A stretch of DNA of 64,000 bases from Thermodesulfobacteriota bacterium (GTDB lineage: Bacteria; Desulfobacterota_D; UBA1144; Nemesobacterales; JAJCZQ01): NCBI GenBank assembly GCA_965215275.1, contig OZ244044.1:640001-704000 (forward strand), in the 5' to 3' direction. Both the position numbers and the translations under genes were made by a program. Positions 45,031 through 55,184 of this stretch are shown piece by piece (position 1 is the first letter of the stretch; each line of letters starts with the position of its first letter). Under the pieces are notes generated by a model. The model did no database searches and was not told where the DNA came from. It saw only the letters and a program-made list of their open reading frames with translations.

Positions 45031-45949
45031 GCTTGCCTTTCTTCGTATTGCAACCGGAATAACGGTCATATTATTTGTGGTAAGTCTCACTTTTATCTTA
45101 CTGCGATTTTTACCAGGTGGACCATTTGACAATGAAAAACAGGTTCCTGCCGCGATCATGGAGAACCTTGAAAAGAAATACAAGTTCAATGAACCGATCT
45201 GGAAGCAGTATACGATCTATATGACAAATCTCCTTAAGGGGGACTTTGGACCATCGTATAAATATCACAACAGGTCAGCAAACGACATAATCAAGGAAAC
45301 TTTCCCTGTATCCGTCCAGCTCGGCATAGCAGCGCTTTTTATATCGGTCGTGCTTGGGATCTCTCTTGGAGTTGCAGCCTCGTTCTCTCCCGGGAACTTC
45401 CTGGACACGTCAACGGCGGTCTTGTCCGTGTCCCTCGTTTCAGTTCCTAACTTCGTTATAGGTGCAGTTCTCATCTATATATTTTCCATAAAAACGGGAT
45501 GGCTTCCGGCCGCTTTGTGGGGCAAGCCTGAAAACTATGTACTTCCCGCACTGACCCTCGCCTCTGGTTCCATGGCCTATATTGCAAGGCTGGTGAGAGC
45601 AAATATGATCGAAGCTTCAAAGGAACTTTATGTAAGGACTGCAAAGGCAAAGGGACTGAGCAGGGTCCAGATCACTTTCAAGCACGTTTTAAAGAACGCC
45701 CTGACCCCGGTGGTCACGGTACTTGGCCCTATCTCGGCTTACCTTGTAACGGGATCATTCGTCGTGGAGCATATATTCGCCATACCGGGTATGGGGCGCT
45801 TCTTCGTTCTTGCCGTCTCCAACAGGGACTACTCCGTAGTGCTTGCAATTACGGTCCTATATACGGTCATTCTGGTAATAGCTAACCTTATAGTTGATCT
45901 TCTGTACCTGTGGCTGGACCCGAGGATCAGTTATGAAGGCAGGTCATGA
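45023..45949 (+). CDS. oppB: Oligopeptide ABC transporter permease
   Basis: 'LPGGPFD', 'GDFGPSY', EAA-like 'YVRTAKAKGL', 'NRDY'. Confidence 0.88.
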   Translation: MIKLAFLRIATGITVILFVVSLTFILLRFLPGGPFDNEKQVPAAIMENLEKKYKFNEPIWKQYTIYMTNLLKGDFGPSYKYHNRSANDIIKETFPVSVQLGIAALFISVVLGISLGVAASFSPGNFLDTSTAVLSVSLVSVPNFVIGAVLIYIFSIKTGWLPAALWGKPENYVLPALTLASGSMAYIARLVRANMIEASKELYVRTAKAKGLSRVQITFKHVLKNALTPVVTVLGPISAYLVTGSFVVEHIFAIPGMGRFFVLAVSNRDYSVVLAITVLYTVILVIANLIVDLLYLWLDPRISYEGRS

Positions 45950-46680
45950 GAAATATAAAACTGACCATAGAATACAACGGAACAGCTTACAGCGGCTGGC
46001 AAAGACAGCCGGGAAGAAGAACGGTTCAAAGAGAGATCGAAGACTCGATCATGGAAATTACCAGGGAAAAGACCACTGTAAACGGGTCGGGAAGAACTGA
46101 TTCCGGCGTGCACGCACTTGGCCAAGTCGCCAATTTTCAAACCGGTTCCGGTTTAACCGTCCGTCAGTTTAAAAAGGCACTGAACGCCCGTCTGCCAAGC
46201 GACATAGCCGTTATTGAGCTCAGGGAGGTCCCTGATGATTTTCACTCTCAGTTCAGTTCAAAAAGCAAAGTATATCTGTATAGGATATTAAACAGGGACT
46301 ACAGGTCCGCTCATGAGCATAAAAGGTCCTGGAACGTCAGGCAAAAACTTGATACAGAAAGTATGAAGCAGGCATCACAGTGCCTTATCGGCAGACATGA
46401 CTTCAAGGTATTTGCCCATCAGGATATAAACGTCAGATCAACGGTGAGGACAGTTAAAAAACTAAGCATAAGCAGAAAAAAAGATATGATAAGCCTTGAG
46501 ATCGAAGCGGACGGATTTCTGAAAAGAATGGTCAGAATGATAACGGGAACGCTGACGCAGGTCGGGAAGGAAAGGCTTACCCCTGACGGCTTTAAGCAGA
46601 TCCTGGCAGATGGAAAGAGGAACAAATACGTCTATACGGCGCCGGCGCACGGACTGTTCCTGAAAAAGGTAAAATACTGA
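45946..46680 (+). CDS. truA: tRNA pseudouridine(38-40) synthase
   Basis: 'YSGWQRQ', 'GRTDSGVHALGQ', 'FLKRMVR', 'APAHGL'. Confidence 0.95.
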   Translation: MRNIKLTIEYNGTAYSGWQRQPGRRTVQREIEDSIMEITREKTTVNGSGRTDSGVHALGQVANFQTGSGLTVRQFKKALNARLPSDIAVIELREVPDDFHSQFSSKSKVYLYRILNRDYRSAHEHKRSWNVRQKLDTESMKQASQCLIGRHDFKVFAHQDINVRSTVRTVKKLSISRKKDMISLEIEADGFLKRMVRMITGTLTQVGKERLTPDGFKQILADGKRNKYVYTAPAHGLFLKKVKY

Positions 46681-46690
46681 GGAGCGAGCA

Positions 46691-47461
46691 ATGAAAACAG
46701 CAAGATTCCTGAACGAGAACGGTGAAGAAAGAACCGGAATACTGGACGATACGACCATCAGGGAGATCAGCGGTGATATATATTCAGAATACCGTGAGAA
46801 CGGAAAGGTCCATAAACTTGACGAGGTAAAGATACTCCCTCCCTGCAGACCAACGAAGATAATCGCAGTGGGACTTAACTACGAAGACCATGCCAAAGAG
46901 ATGAAAAGAGCATTGCCGAAGGAACCTATGCTGTTCTTAAAACCGAACACTACCGTCATTTCTCACAAGGAAGACATAATCTACCCTTCTCACATGTCCC
47001 AGAGAGTGGACTATGAAGGAGAACTTGCAGTTGTTATAGGCAGAGAGGCCCATATGGTCGAAGAAAAAGATACAAAAAACCATATATACGGCTATACGTG
47101 CATAAACGACGTAACGGCAAGGGACCTTCAGGCAAAAGACGTTCAGTTTACAAGAGGTAAGGGGTTCAATACCTTTGCACCGATCGGACCTTGTATAGAA
47201 ACTGACGTGGACCCCGGCGATCTTGAAATACAGACCACGTTAAACGGAGAGATCAGACAAAGCTCAAACACGAGTAATCTGATATTTAACGTCGGTCAGC
47301 TCGTAAGCTTTATCTCAAAGGTAATGACCCTTCTTCCAGGAGATATAATAGCAACAGGTACACCCAGCGGAATTGGTCCGATGTCTCCGGGCGACCAGGT
47401 ACAGGTGAAGATCTCCGGTATTGGAACTTTAACGAACTTCGTCCGGTCTATTTATGGTTGA
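46691..47461 (+). CDS. Fumarylacetoacetate hydrolase family protein
   Basis: 'VGLNYEDH', 'DYEGEL', 'NDVTARD', 'GDIIATGTP'. Confidence 0.92.
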   Translation: MKTARFLNENGEERTGILDDTTIREISGDIYSEYRENGKVHKLDEVKILPPCRPTKIIAVGLNYEDHAKEMKRALPKEPMLFLKPNTTVISHKEDIIYPSHMSQRVDYEGELAVVIGREAHMVEEKDTKNHIYGYTCINDVTARDLQAKDVQFTRGKGFNTFAPIGPCIETDVDPGDLEIQTTLNGEIRQSSNTSNLIFNVGQLVSFISKVMTLLPGDIIATGTPSGIGPMSPGDQVQVKISGIGTLTNFVRSIYG

Positions 47462-49217
47462 TGATCTGCTTTGCCTGCTGATCATCAGGAGCGGCCAGAC
47501 CGTACCTGAGGGCAGTTTTTGCGTACTTTTTGGCATTTTTCAGGTCACCCAGTTCAAAATATACCCTGGCGGCTCCCAGATATCCCTTGGAATAATTTCT
47601 CTTAGCCTCGATCGATTTTAAAAAATACCTTCCAGACCATCGTAACATCTCCTTTGATCTTTCAGGCGTGGTCATTTTCGCCCCTGAGTGGTAGATCAAC
47701 CCCAGGTGATAATAGGACTTATGAAACCTTCTGTCTTCTTTTACTGCCTCCTGAAAGGCCCTGTGAGCCCTTTTGAACTTTTTCTGCTTCATGTATGCAA
47801 TACCAAGATTATTCAAAGCAATCGATTTCATCATAGAAGACGCGTTCTTGTCAGCTTTGAGCGCGGCTCTGAGAACCCTGGCACCTTTATCCAACTGGTC
47901 TGAATCAATAAGTGCCATACCATAATTAATAAGAGGTATTGAATCACTGGTATCCCTTGACGCGTCCTTCCAGAAAGTAACCCTGTCCTTCCAGACGGAC
48001 TGTCTGGTAATTGTAGAAACGCTGAGTACCACGATTATCAAACCGAACAGAATAACGGATAATCGGCGATATTCTCCCTGGTTCAACCTGTATAATGCAA
48101 AAGCAACCAGCAGAGAGAACGGTGCTAACGGCAGATATAAATACCTCTCCGCCAGCGGCGTTGACGCAATCTGCACAACTGCAACGATCGATGAAGGTCC
48201 AAGGACCAAAAGAAGCCAAAGTATACAGAAGCCCTTAAAGCCAGACCTTATATACGAAGAAAAGAACGCGTATCCTATCGCTAAGAAACTGATCAGGGAT
48301 AAGACCAGATATATCGAACCCTTTGGAACATTGCTTATGAACGAACTGAACCAAAAAGGCACTAACAGTTTATAAAAATAAAACAGATAGGTAACGAACA
48401 GGGTCTTGATCAGTACAAGATACTTAACGAATTCAAAGCCACTCCCGGACGTAACCTGCTTTGCTCCCGAAGTGACCTCACTGGAAATATCCGCGGCGAC
48501 GCTCGTACCACCTCTGGTTCTTAAGTAAAGATATATCCCGATAAAAACAAGGTATATCAGAAACCTCAGCAAGGACTCTCTTTTAATTTTCCTTTCGGCA
48601 AGGAAATCACATGCTATAACCGCAAAGGGAAAAGCCAGTGCAAGCTCTTTCGACAGCAGTGAAGCGTAGAACAAAACACAGGTAGGTATTATCAGATACC
48701 TGTTTTCATAAGACTTTAAGTGAGTGATAAAAGCTCCTATGAAGAACAGACTGCACAAAATATCCGTCCTGCCTGCGATCCAGGACACGGATTCAACGTG
48801 CATCGGGTGAACTATGAATATCATCGACGCGGTAAAAGCTATTATCTTTCTGCCTTCTATTTCAAATCGTTTAAGGACCAGCAGAAAAAGAAAATATGCC
48901 AGTATAGACGTGGCGGAATTAAATATAAGATTTGCCAGGTGAAAACCATGGGGATTGTCCAGCCCCCATATTTTATAATCATACGCAAGAGTGATATAAG
49001 ATACAGGTCTGTAGTAGCCAGTGCGCTTTACTTCTCTCTTATCTGGAAATATGGACCTTAACAGGCCAACCCTTTCCAGTTTGAAATGGTTTTTTTCCAT
49101 TTCTATCGTATCGTCCCACACAAATCCATTACTGAGCGAGGGAACATATATGGAAAAGGAAACGAGAAATATGACAAGTCCCGCTAAATATCTGTTCTGT
49201 ATGATCTGACTTTGCAT
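47448..49217 (-). CDS. TMTC-like GT-C membrane glycosyltransferase with C-terminal TPRs
   Basis: 'GFVWDD', 'YYRP', 'HPMHVESVSWIAGRTD', 'SKE', 'AERYLYLP', TPR 'ALNNLGIAY'. Confidence 0.8.
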   Translation of the reverse strand: MQSQIIQNRYLAGLVIFLVSFSIYVPSLSNGFVWDDTIEMEKNHFKLERVGLLRSIFPDKREVKRTGYYRPVSYITLAYDYKIWGLDNPHGFHLANLIFNSATSILAYFLFLLVLKRFEIEGRKIIAFTASMIFIVHPMHVESVSWIAGRTDILCSLFFIGAFITHLKSYENRYLIIPTCVLFYASLLSKELALAFPFAVIACDFLAERKIKRESLLRFLIYLVFIGIYLYLRTRGGTSVAADISSEVTSGAKQVTSGSGFEFVKYLVLIKTLFVTYLFYFYKLLVPFWFSSFISNVPKGSIYLVLSLISFLAIGYAFFSSYIRSGFKGFCILWLLLVLGPSSIVAVVQIASTPLAERYLYLPLAPFSLLVAFALYRLNQGEYRRLSVILFGLIIVVLSVSTITRQSVWKDRVTFWKDASRDTSDSIPLINYGMALIDSDQLDKGARVLRAALKADKNASSMMKSIALNNLGIAYMKQKKFKRAHRAFQEAVKEDRRFHKSYYHLGLIYHSGAKMTTPERSKEMLRWSGRYFLKSIEAKRNYSKGYLGAARVYFELGDLKNAKKYAKTALRYGLAAPDDQQAKQIINHK

Positions 49218-49742
49218 CTGCTGTTACTAATTATAGGTTAAAAGGATCTTTTGTCATTAATTACGGGATCATTAAGGAAAGTTGACAAAACATTATGATT
49301 TCCCTTAATCTCTAACTTCTTTAACAGACTGGTCTACCCTTTGAACTTACGGTCAGAGTAAACCGTTGATCCAGCTGTTCCCTGGTCGGTCCGGGTGGTC
49401 TTTTAGGCAGAACTGCACCTGCGTTAAGAAATGACGTTACTGATTTGTCTGACCTGTTCCACTCTGCCTTTTTATTCATTATTATTTCAGTATAACACAG
49501 ATTAAAGCTTGTTTCCATATTCGTTCATATACATTACCTGCACTGTCAACCCCTTTATAAACCCCTGCTCCACACCTTCAAAATATCTATATCTTATTAA
49601 TATGGCTTTTAAGCATCTGTAAGGTCACAGAGCGGGTCCGTACCATATTGCATGTCCTTTTCTGTCAACTTCCCCTGGCAGTTCCCTTAATTTTTACTAA
49701 ATCTTCAGTTATATTATAGGGTTTTTAAGTCGAGCAAGAAAA

Positions 49743-50813
49743 ATGTCGAAAATACTGGTAGTTCCGGGCGACGGGATCGGAGTTGAAGTAACTGAAGTCA
49801 GCCTGAGAGTTTTAAAGGTCATAGAGAAGAAATACGATCTGAACTTTGAGATCGAACGGGAGTTTTTCGGAGGTATCTCAATTGATAGGAACGGGGTGCC
49901 CGTTACCGACCAGGTAATTAAAAAGGCACAAGGTTCAGACGCCGTTCTGTTAGGTGCCGTTGGCGGACCGCAATGGGAAAACCTTGAGCATAACCTGAAA
50001 CCCGAAGCAGGACTGCTTAAGCTCAGACGATCACTTGACACTTTCGCGAACCTCCGACCTGCAGTTGTCTACAGTGCTCTTTCTGATGCATCAACTCTGA
50101 AAAGAGAGGTCGTGCAGGACGTGAACATAATGGTCGTAAGGGAACTGACCAGTGGGATATATTTTGGAAAGCCCAGAGGAATAAACAAGATAAACGGTGA
50201 AGACACGGGTTTTAACACCCTTAGCTACACAGCTTCTCAAATTACAAGAATTGCCGAACTTGCCTTCCAGATCGCAGATACAAGAAAAAAGAAACTCACG
50301 TCGGTCGATAAATCGAACGTTTTAGAATCCATGGTGCTGTGGAGGGACGTGGTGACCGAACTGCATAAAAACCATTATTCTCACATCGAACTTGAGCATC
50401 TTTACGTTGATAACGCGGCAATGCAGTTAATAAGAAGACCCAGGACCTTTGACGTAATACTTGCAGGCAATATGTTCGGGGACATAATCAGTGACGAAGC
50501 GGCACAGCTTACAGGGTCCCTTGGCATGTTACCTTCAGCAAGCATCGGGAACAAGGGAGCTATCTACGAACCAGTGCACGGAAGTGCTCCTGACATCGCA
50601 GGTAAAGACGTTGCCAATCCAATAGCCTCCATCTTATCGCTTTCAATGATGTTTAAATATTCTTTCAACCTTGAACCGGTCGCAAGAGACATTGAGACGG
50701 CGATAAACAGTGCTCTGGAAAAAGGTTACAGAACGGCGGATATATACGAAGAAGGAACGGTCAAGGTCGGTTGTGATGAAATGGGAAAGATAATAATAGA
50801 CGAACTTCAGTAA
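49743..50813 (+). CDS. leuB: 3-isopropylmalate dehydrogenase
   Basis: 'GDGIGVEV', 'RELTSGIYFG', 'NMFGDIISDEA', 'EPVHGSAPDIAG'. Confidence 0.96.
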   Translation: MSKILVVPGDGIGVEVTEVSLRVLKVIEKKYDLNFEIEREFFGGISIDRNGVPVTDQVIKKAQGSDAVLLGAVGGPQWENLEHNLKPEAGLLKLRRSLDTFANLRPAVVYSALSDASTLKREVVQDVNIMVVRELTSGIYFGKPRGINKINGEDTGFNTLSYTASQITRIAELAFQIADTRKKKLTSVDKSNVLESMVLWRDVVTELHKNHYSHIELEHLYVDNAAMQLIRRPRTFDVILAGNMFGDIISDEAAQLTGSLGMLPSASIGNKGAIYEPVHGSAPDIAGKDVANPIASILSLSMMFKYSFNLEPVARDIETAINSALEKGYRTADIYEEGTVKVGCDEMGKIIIDELQ

Positions 50814-50835
50814 ACCACTGCTGTTACTTTTATAA

Positions 50836-53800
50836 GTGCTACACAAGAAAGTTTTTTTAAACAAGTTAATAAATTCCCGTCTTGACGACATTACAACCTC
50901 CCTGAACAACGGCTTAAGAAGTCTGACCATTTCCGGTCTCGAGGGCACGTACAAGTACCTTATAGCCAGTCTTATAAGCAGGTCTTTAAACAGGCCGTAC
51001 CTTTACGTGTTCGGCTCAAAGGCCGACGGGGAAGCCGTTTCAGAAAACCTGAAATTCTTTATCAGAAAAGAGATACCAGTGTTCAGAAGAAAGGTCCTTT
51101 CAAAGGGATCACCCGTTGATAAAGGTGCTGATAATAACAGACATCAGAGACTCAGTACCCTGATATCCATCATAGATAAGAGACCTTTGTGCACGGAAGC
51201 CGCGTCCCTGTCCGAACTGGTAATACCAAGTAAGGTCCTCAGAGAAAGCTTTACTGAAATAAACGTAAAGGATAAGGTCGAACGGGATAAGTTTATCGTT
51301 CAGTTAAATAAATATGGCTACAGGAAGAGTGATTTTGTAACCTCTCCGTGCGAGATGAGCGTAAGGGGGTCGATCGTTGATCTGTACTCGTCCGGACATG
51401 AATTTCCGATCAGAATTGAATATGAAGGTGACGTAGTAAGGTCTCTCAGGTACTTCTCCTCCAGTTCGCAAAAATCGTTAAACAAACTCCGGTCCGCCAC
51501 AATACGTCCGGTCAGTGAGTTTGTTCCATACGGCAGCTCTGAAAGCCTGCATAACAAGATCGTTGAAGCGGCGAACAGGAGGGGAGTTTCCGCACAGCTA
51601 AAAAACACCCTGCTGGACTTAATAAAGAACGGGGTTTATACCGACGAACTGGAACACCTTGTACCATATGTATACAGCGAGCGTGAAAACATCCTGAATT
51701 TTCTGGACGAAAGTTATCTGCTCTTTCTGGACCTGGACAACGGCCTTGAAACTGAACTTGAGAAAGTCCGTAAAACGGCTGACAAAGACGGCATCAGATC
51801 TCAGAGGTTCCATGAACTTCTGCCTGATCCCGAGGAACGCTATTTTACTCCGGACGAAATAAGGAAAAAGCTGACGAGGTTTCAGATCATAAGGATCAAC
51901 GACCTCATAAGTCGCTCGGAAGATCACTTTAAGTTCCGGTCACACAGCTCCAAGCTGAAACCTTCCGACGTCAGATCGCCCGTTCAGGAACTGGCAGAAC
52001 AACTGAGGAAGCTCATCAAAAGGCAATTCGAGGTCTTTATCGTTTCATACAATGAAAACGAGCAGAGTAAATTAAAGGAACTGCTGTCGGATTATAACGT
52101 TGAAAAGATAAACTACCTTACGGGTAATATAGGGACCGGGTTCATATCAGACGATCTGAAACTTGCCGTTTTCTGCGAAAATGATCTTTCGGAAAAGTAC
52201 AAGGTCCCGGACCATAAAGCGGAAGAAAACGTCTCCTCCGTTTTCATATCCAATTTCAGCAAGCTGAAGACCGGTGATTTTATCGTTCATAAGAACTTCG
52301 GCATAGGGATCTACAATGGCCTGAAGAAGCTGGATGTGAACGATAAAAAAAGCGACTTTCTCGAGTGTGAATATAAAGACGGGAACAAGCTCTTCGTTCC
52401 GGTGGAGAACTTAAAACTGATCCAAAGGTACGTAGGCGGCAAAACCGCTCCTGCAGTTGACGGACTGGGCGGCAGCAGCTGGAAAAGAAAAATAAGCAAA
52501 GTAAAAAAAGCCGTGGATAAGATCGCCATGGAACTGCTTGAACTTTATGCAAAGAGAAAATCCATAAAGGGATTTAAGTTCTCAAAGCGGGATCACGCGT
52601 TCAAGGAATTCGAGATAGATTTTGACTTTGAAGAAACGGCCGATCAGTCAAAAGCAATAGAAGACGTAATGTACGATATGGAAAGGCCCAGACCAATGGA
52701 CCGTTTGATCTGTGGAGACACGGGATTTGGCAAAACGGAGATCGCTATGCGAGCTTCGTTCAAAGCAGCCATGGACGGCAAACAGACGGCCTTTCTGGTA
52801 CCCACCACGCTGCTTGCCGGTCAGCACTATGATAATTTCATAAAAAGGTTCAAGAACCATCCGATCAATATTGAAGTGATCTCTCGTTTTAAGACGGCAG
52901 CTGAATCTAACAAAATATTCAGAAGATTGAGCGATGGGCTCATAGACATAATCATCGGTACTCATAAACTGCTCGGTAAAAGAACGAAATTTAAGAACCT
53001 GGGACTTGTAATAACAGACGAGGAACATAAATTCGGGGTCAGGCACAAGGAGAAATTAAGGTTAATATCCAACGGCGTGGACGTGTTATCCTTATCAGCG
53101 ACCCCAATACCCAGGTCCCTTCAGCTTTCCCTTACCAGCATCAGGGACATCAGCCTAGTTAACACACCTCCGGAGGGAAGAATGCCGGTAAGCGTCTATA
53201 TCGATAATTACAACGAAAAGGTCATCCGAGAGGCCGTGATGAAAGAACTTTCACGGAACGGTCTGGTGCTTTTCATTAACAACAGGATAAGGAACATATC
53301 AGAAATAGCCGAAACCCTGAAGACGCTCGTCCCTGAGGCATCGATCGGGATAACGCACGGGCAGATGAACGAAAAGGTCCTCGAAAACCGTATATCGATG
53401 TTCAGGGATGGAAAGATCAATCTGCTGGTCACGACCGCTATAGTGGAATCGGGACTGGACATACCCAGGGCGAACACGATTATCATAAATGACGCACATA
53501 AGTTCGGACTGGCAGACCTTTATCAACTCAAAGGACGTGTAGGAAGGGGTAAAATAAAGGCCCATGCATATTTTTTAGTACCATCTATCAACGCACTGAC
53601 CACGGACGCCAGAAAAAGATTAACGAAGCTTTCCGAACTGCAGAACCTGGGAACGGGATTCAAGCTCGCTTTATACGACATGGAGATCAGAGGAGCGGGA
53701 AGCCTGTTCGGTGAGGAACAGTCGGGCACGATCTCGGAAGTGGGACTGGAACTCTACCTGGAAATGCTCCAGGAAACCATCAGGAACTTAAACAAGTGCA

Positions 53801-54231
53801 GGGAGGCTGAAGATTACGACCCTGAAATACAGAGTTACGAGAGTGCTTTTATTCCCGAAGACTATATAGAGAACAGTTCCGAAAGGCTTTACTACTATAA
53901 AAGGTTTTCCTCGTATAACAAACTAAAGGAACTCAACGAAATAAAAGAGGAGATTAACGACAAGTTCGGAAAGGTCCCCAGGGAACTGACAACGCTGATA
54001 AAAATGCTGGAGTTGAAGTTCAGGATAAAGAAAGTCAGAATATCCAGGCTGGAGATCCAGAAAAATCATGCACTGTTTGTCCTGAAAGACGATTCCGTCC
54101 TGTATAAAAAGTTTAAACTTCCTGAAAAAATAAAGATATACTATGAAGAACACGACAAATACGAAGAGATACACAAAAAGCTCAGAGAACTGAGCAGCAG
54201 TTCTATCACCGGGAAAGAAACTAACGCTTAA
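50836..54231 (+). CDS. mfd: Transcription-repair coupling factor
   Basis: UvrB-homology N-terminus, RID 'GDFIVHKNFGIG', 'GDTGFGKTE', DEEH, 'QLKGRVGR', TRCF C-terminus. Confidence 0.95.
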   Translation: MLHKKVFLNKLINSRLDDITTSLNNGLRSLTISGLEGTYKYLIASLISRSLNRPYLYVFGSKADGEAVSENLKFFIRKEIPVFRRKVLSKGSPVDKGADNNRHQRLSTLISIIDKRPLCTEAASLSELVIPSKVLRESFTEINVKDKVERDKFIVQLNKYGYRKSDFVTSPCEMSVRGSIVDLYSSGHEFPIRIEYEGDVVRSLRYFSSSSQKSLNKLRSATIRPVSEFVPYGSSESLHNKIVEAANRRGVSAQLKNTLLDLIKNGVYTDELEHLVPYVYSERENILNFLDESYLLFLDLDNGLETELEKVRKTADKDGIRSQRFHELLPDPEERYFTPDEIRKKLTRFQIIRINDLISRSEDHFKFRSHSSKLKPSDVRSPVQELAEQLRKLIKRQFEVFIVSYNENEQSKLKELLSDYNVEKINYLTGNIGTGFISDDLKLAVFCENDLSEKYKVPDHKAEENVSSVFISNFSKLKTGDFIVHKNFGIGIYNGLKKLDVNDKKSDFLECEYKDGNKLFVPVENLKLIQRYVGGKTAPAVDGLGGSSWKRKISKVKKAVDKIAMELLELYAKRKSIKGFKFSKRDHAFKEFEIDFDFEETADQSKAIEDVMYDMERPRPMDRLICGDTGFGKTEIAMRASFKAAMDGKQTAFLVPTTLLAGQHYDNFIKRFKNHPINIEVISRFKTAAESNKIFRRLSDGLIDIIIGTHKLLGKRTKFKNLGLVITDEEHKFGVRHKEKLRLISNGVDVLSLSATPIPRSLQLSLTSIRDISLVNTPPEGRMPVSVYIDNYNEKVIREAVMKELSRNGLVLFINNRIRNISEIAETLKTLVPEASIGITHGQMNEKVLENRISMFRDGKINLLVTTAIVESGLDIPRANTIIINDAHKFGLADLYQLKGRVGRGKIKAHAYFLVPSINALTTDARKRLTKLSELQNLGTGFKLALYDMEIRGAGSLFGEEQSGTISEVGLELYLEMLQETIRNLNKCREAEDYDPEIQSYESAFIPEDYIENSSERLYYYKRFSSYNKLKELNEIKEEINDKFGKVPRELTTLIKMLELKFRIKKVRISRLEIQKNHALFVLKDDSVLYKKFKLPEKIKIYYEEHDKYEEIHKKLRELSSSSITGKETNA

Positions 54232-54260
54232 GTACTTTACTGAAAGGAGTAAACAAACCT

Positions 54261-55184
54261 ATGAACAGATCAGCAATCTACGTGCTAATTACATTTACGG
54301 TCATAAACCTTCTGTGTACCAGTGCAGCCGCACGGGATCAGGTGGACAGAATTGTAGCGGTAATCAACGACAAGATAATAACGCTGACCGAGTATGAAGA
54401 ACAGGCAAAGCTCAACGGGGTCAAGCTCGGGGAAATTGAGACCGACTTTGCTTTTCTGGAGCAGATAATAGACAAGACGATAATAGAACAGGAAGCTAAA
54501 AAAACGGGAATAGTCATAACTGATAACGAAGTGGAACTGTCCATCCAGGAAATGCAGTCATTTTACAACCTAGATAAACAAGATATGGAGAAAGGCATCA
54601 AGGAACAGAACATTACCGAGGAAGGATTTAAGGACCAGTGGAAGTTCCAGCTCATTACAAGAAGGCTCATTCAAAGAGAGATCAAGGGCAGTATAGCCAT
54701 AACCGATGAAGAGGTCGCTCGGTATTATAAAAAGACCTACGGTGAAGAACTTGAAAAGGGTAACGTAGATGAACTTGAGATCGCGCACATACTCATATCT
54801 TCCAAGACCCCGCAGATAGCATCTCAGATCGCCGAGAGGGCAAAACAGGGAGAGGACTTTGCCAGGCTGGCAAAAGATCATTCTCAAGATGCAATGTCCG
54901 CTTCAGGTGGCGGAGTTCTCGGACATTTTAAAAAAGGAGAACTGGTGGAACCACTTGACCAGGCAGTTCAGAACGCAGAGGTGAACGAGATCGTCGGACC
55001 CGTGGAATCTCCCGCCGGATTTCATATAATCAAGGTCCTGGACAGACAGGAAATTAAAAACGGTATATCTAAAACTTACTCTGACGAAATAAGGACCATT
55101 CTTTACAATCAGAAAGCAGAGGAAATATTAAAGAACTATCTGATAAAAATTAAGAATTCGGCTTATATAGAAAGAAAGCTCTAG
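54261..55184 (+). CDS. SurA-like peptidyl-prolyl isomerase/chaperone
   Basis: '[13 protein letters not shown]', parvulin '[27 protein letters not shown]'. Confidence 0.88.
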   Translation: MNRSAIYVLITFTVINLLCTSAAARDQVDRIVAVINDKIITLTEYEEQAKLNGVKLGEIETDFAFLEQIIDKTIIEQEAKKTGIVITDNEVELSIQEMQSFYNLDKQDMEKGIKEQNITEEGFKDQWKFQLITRRLIQREIKGSIAITDEEVARYYKKTYGEELEKGNVDELEIAHILISSKTPQIASQIAERAKQGEDFARLAKDHSQDAMSASGGGVLGHFKKGELVEPLDQAVQNAEVNEIVGPVESPAGFHIIKVLDRQEIKNGISKTYSDEIRTILYNQKAEEILKNYLIKIKNSAYIERKL

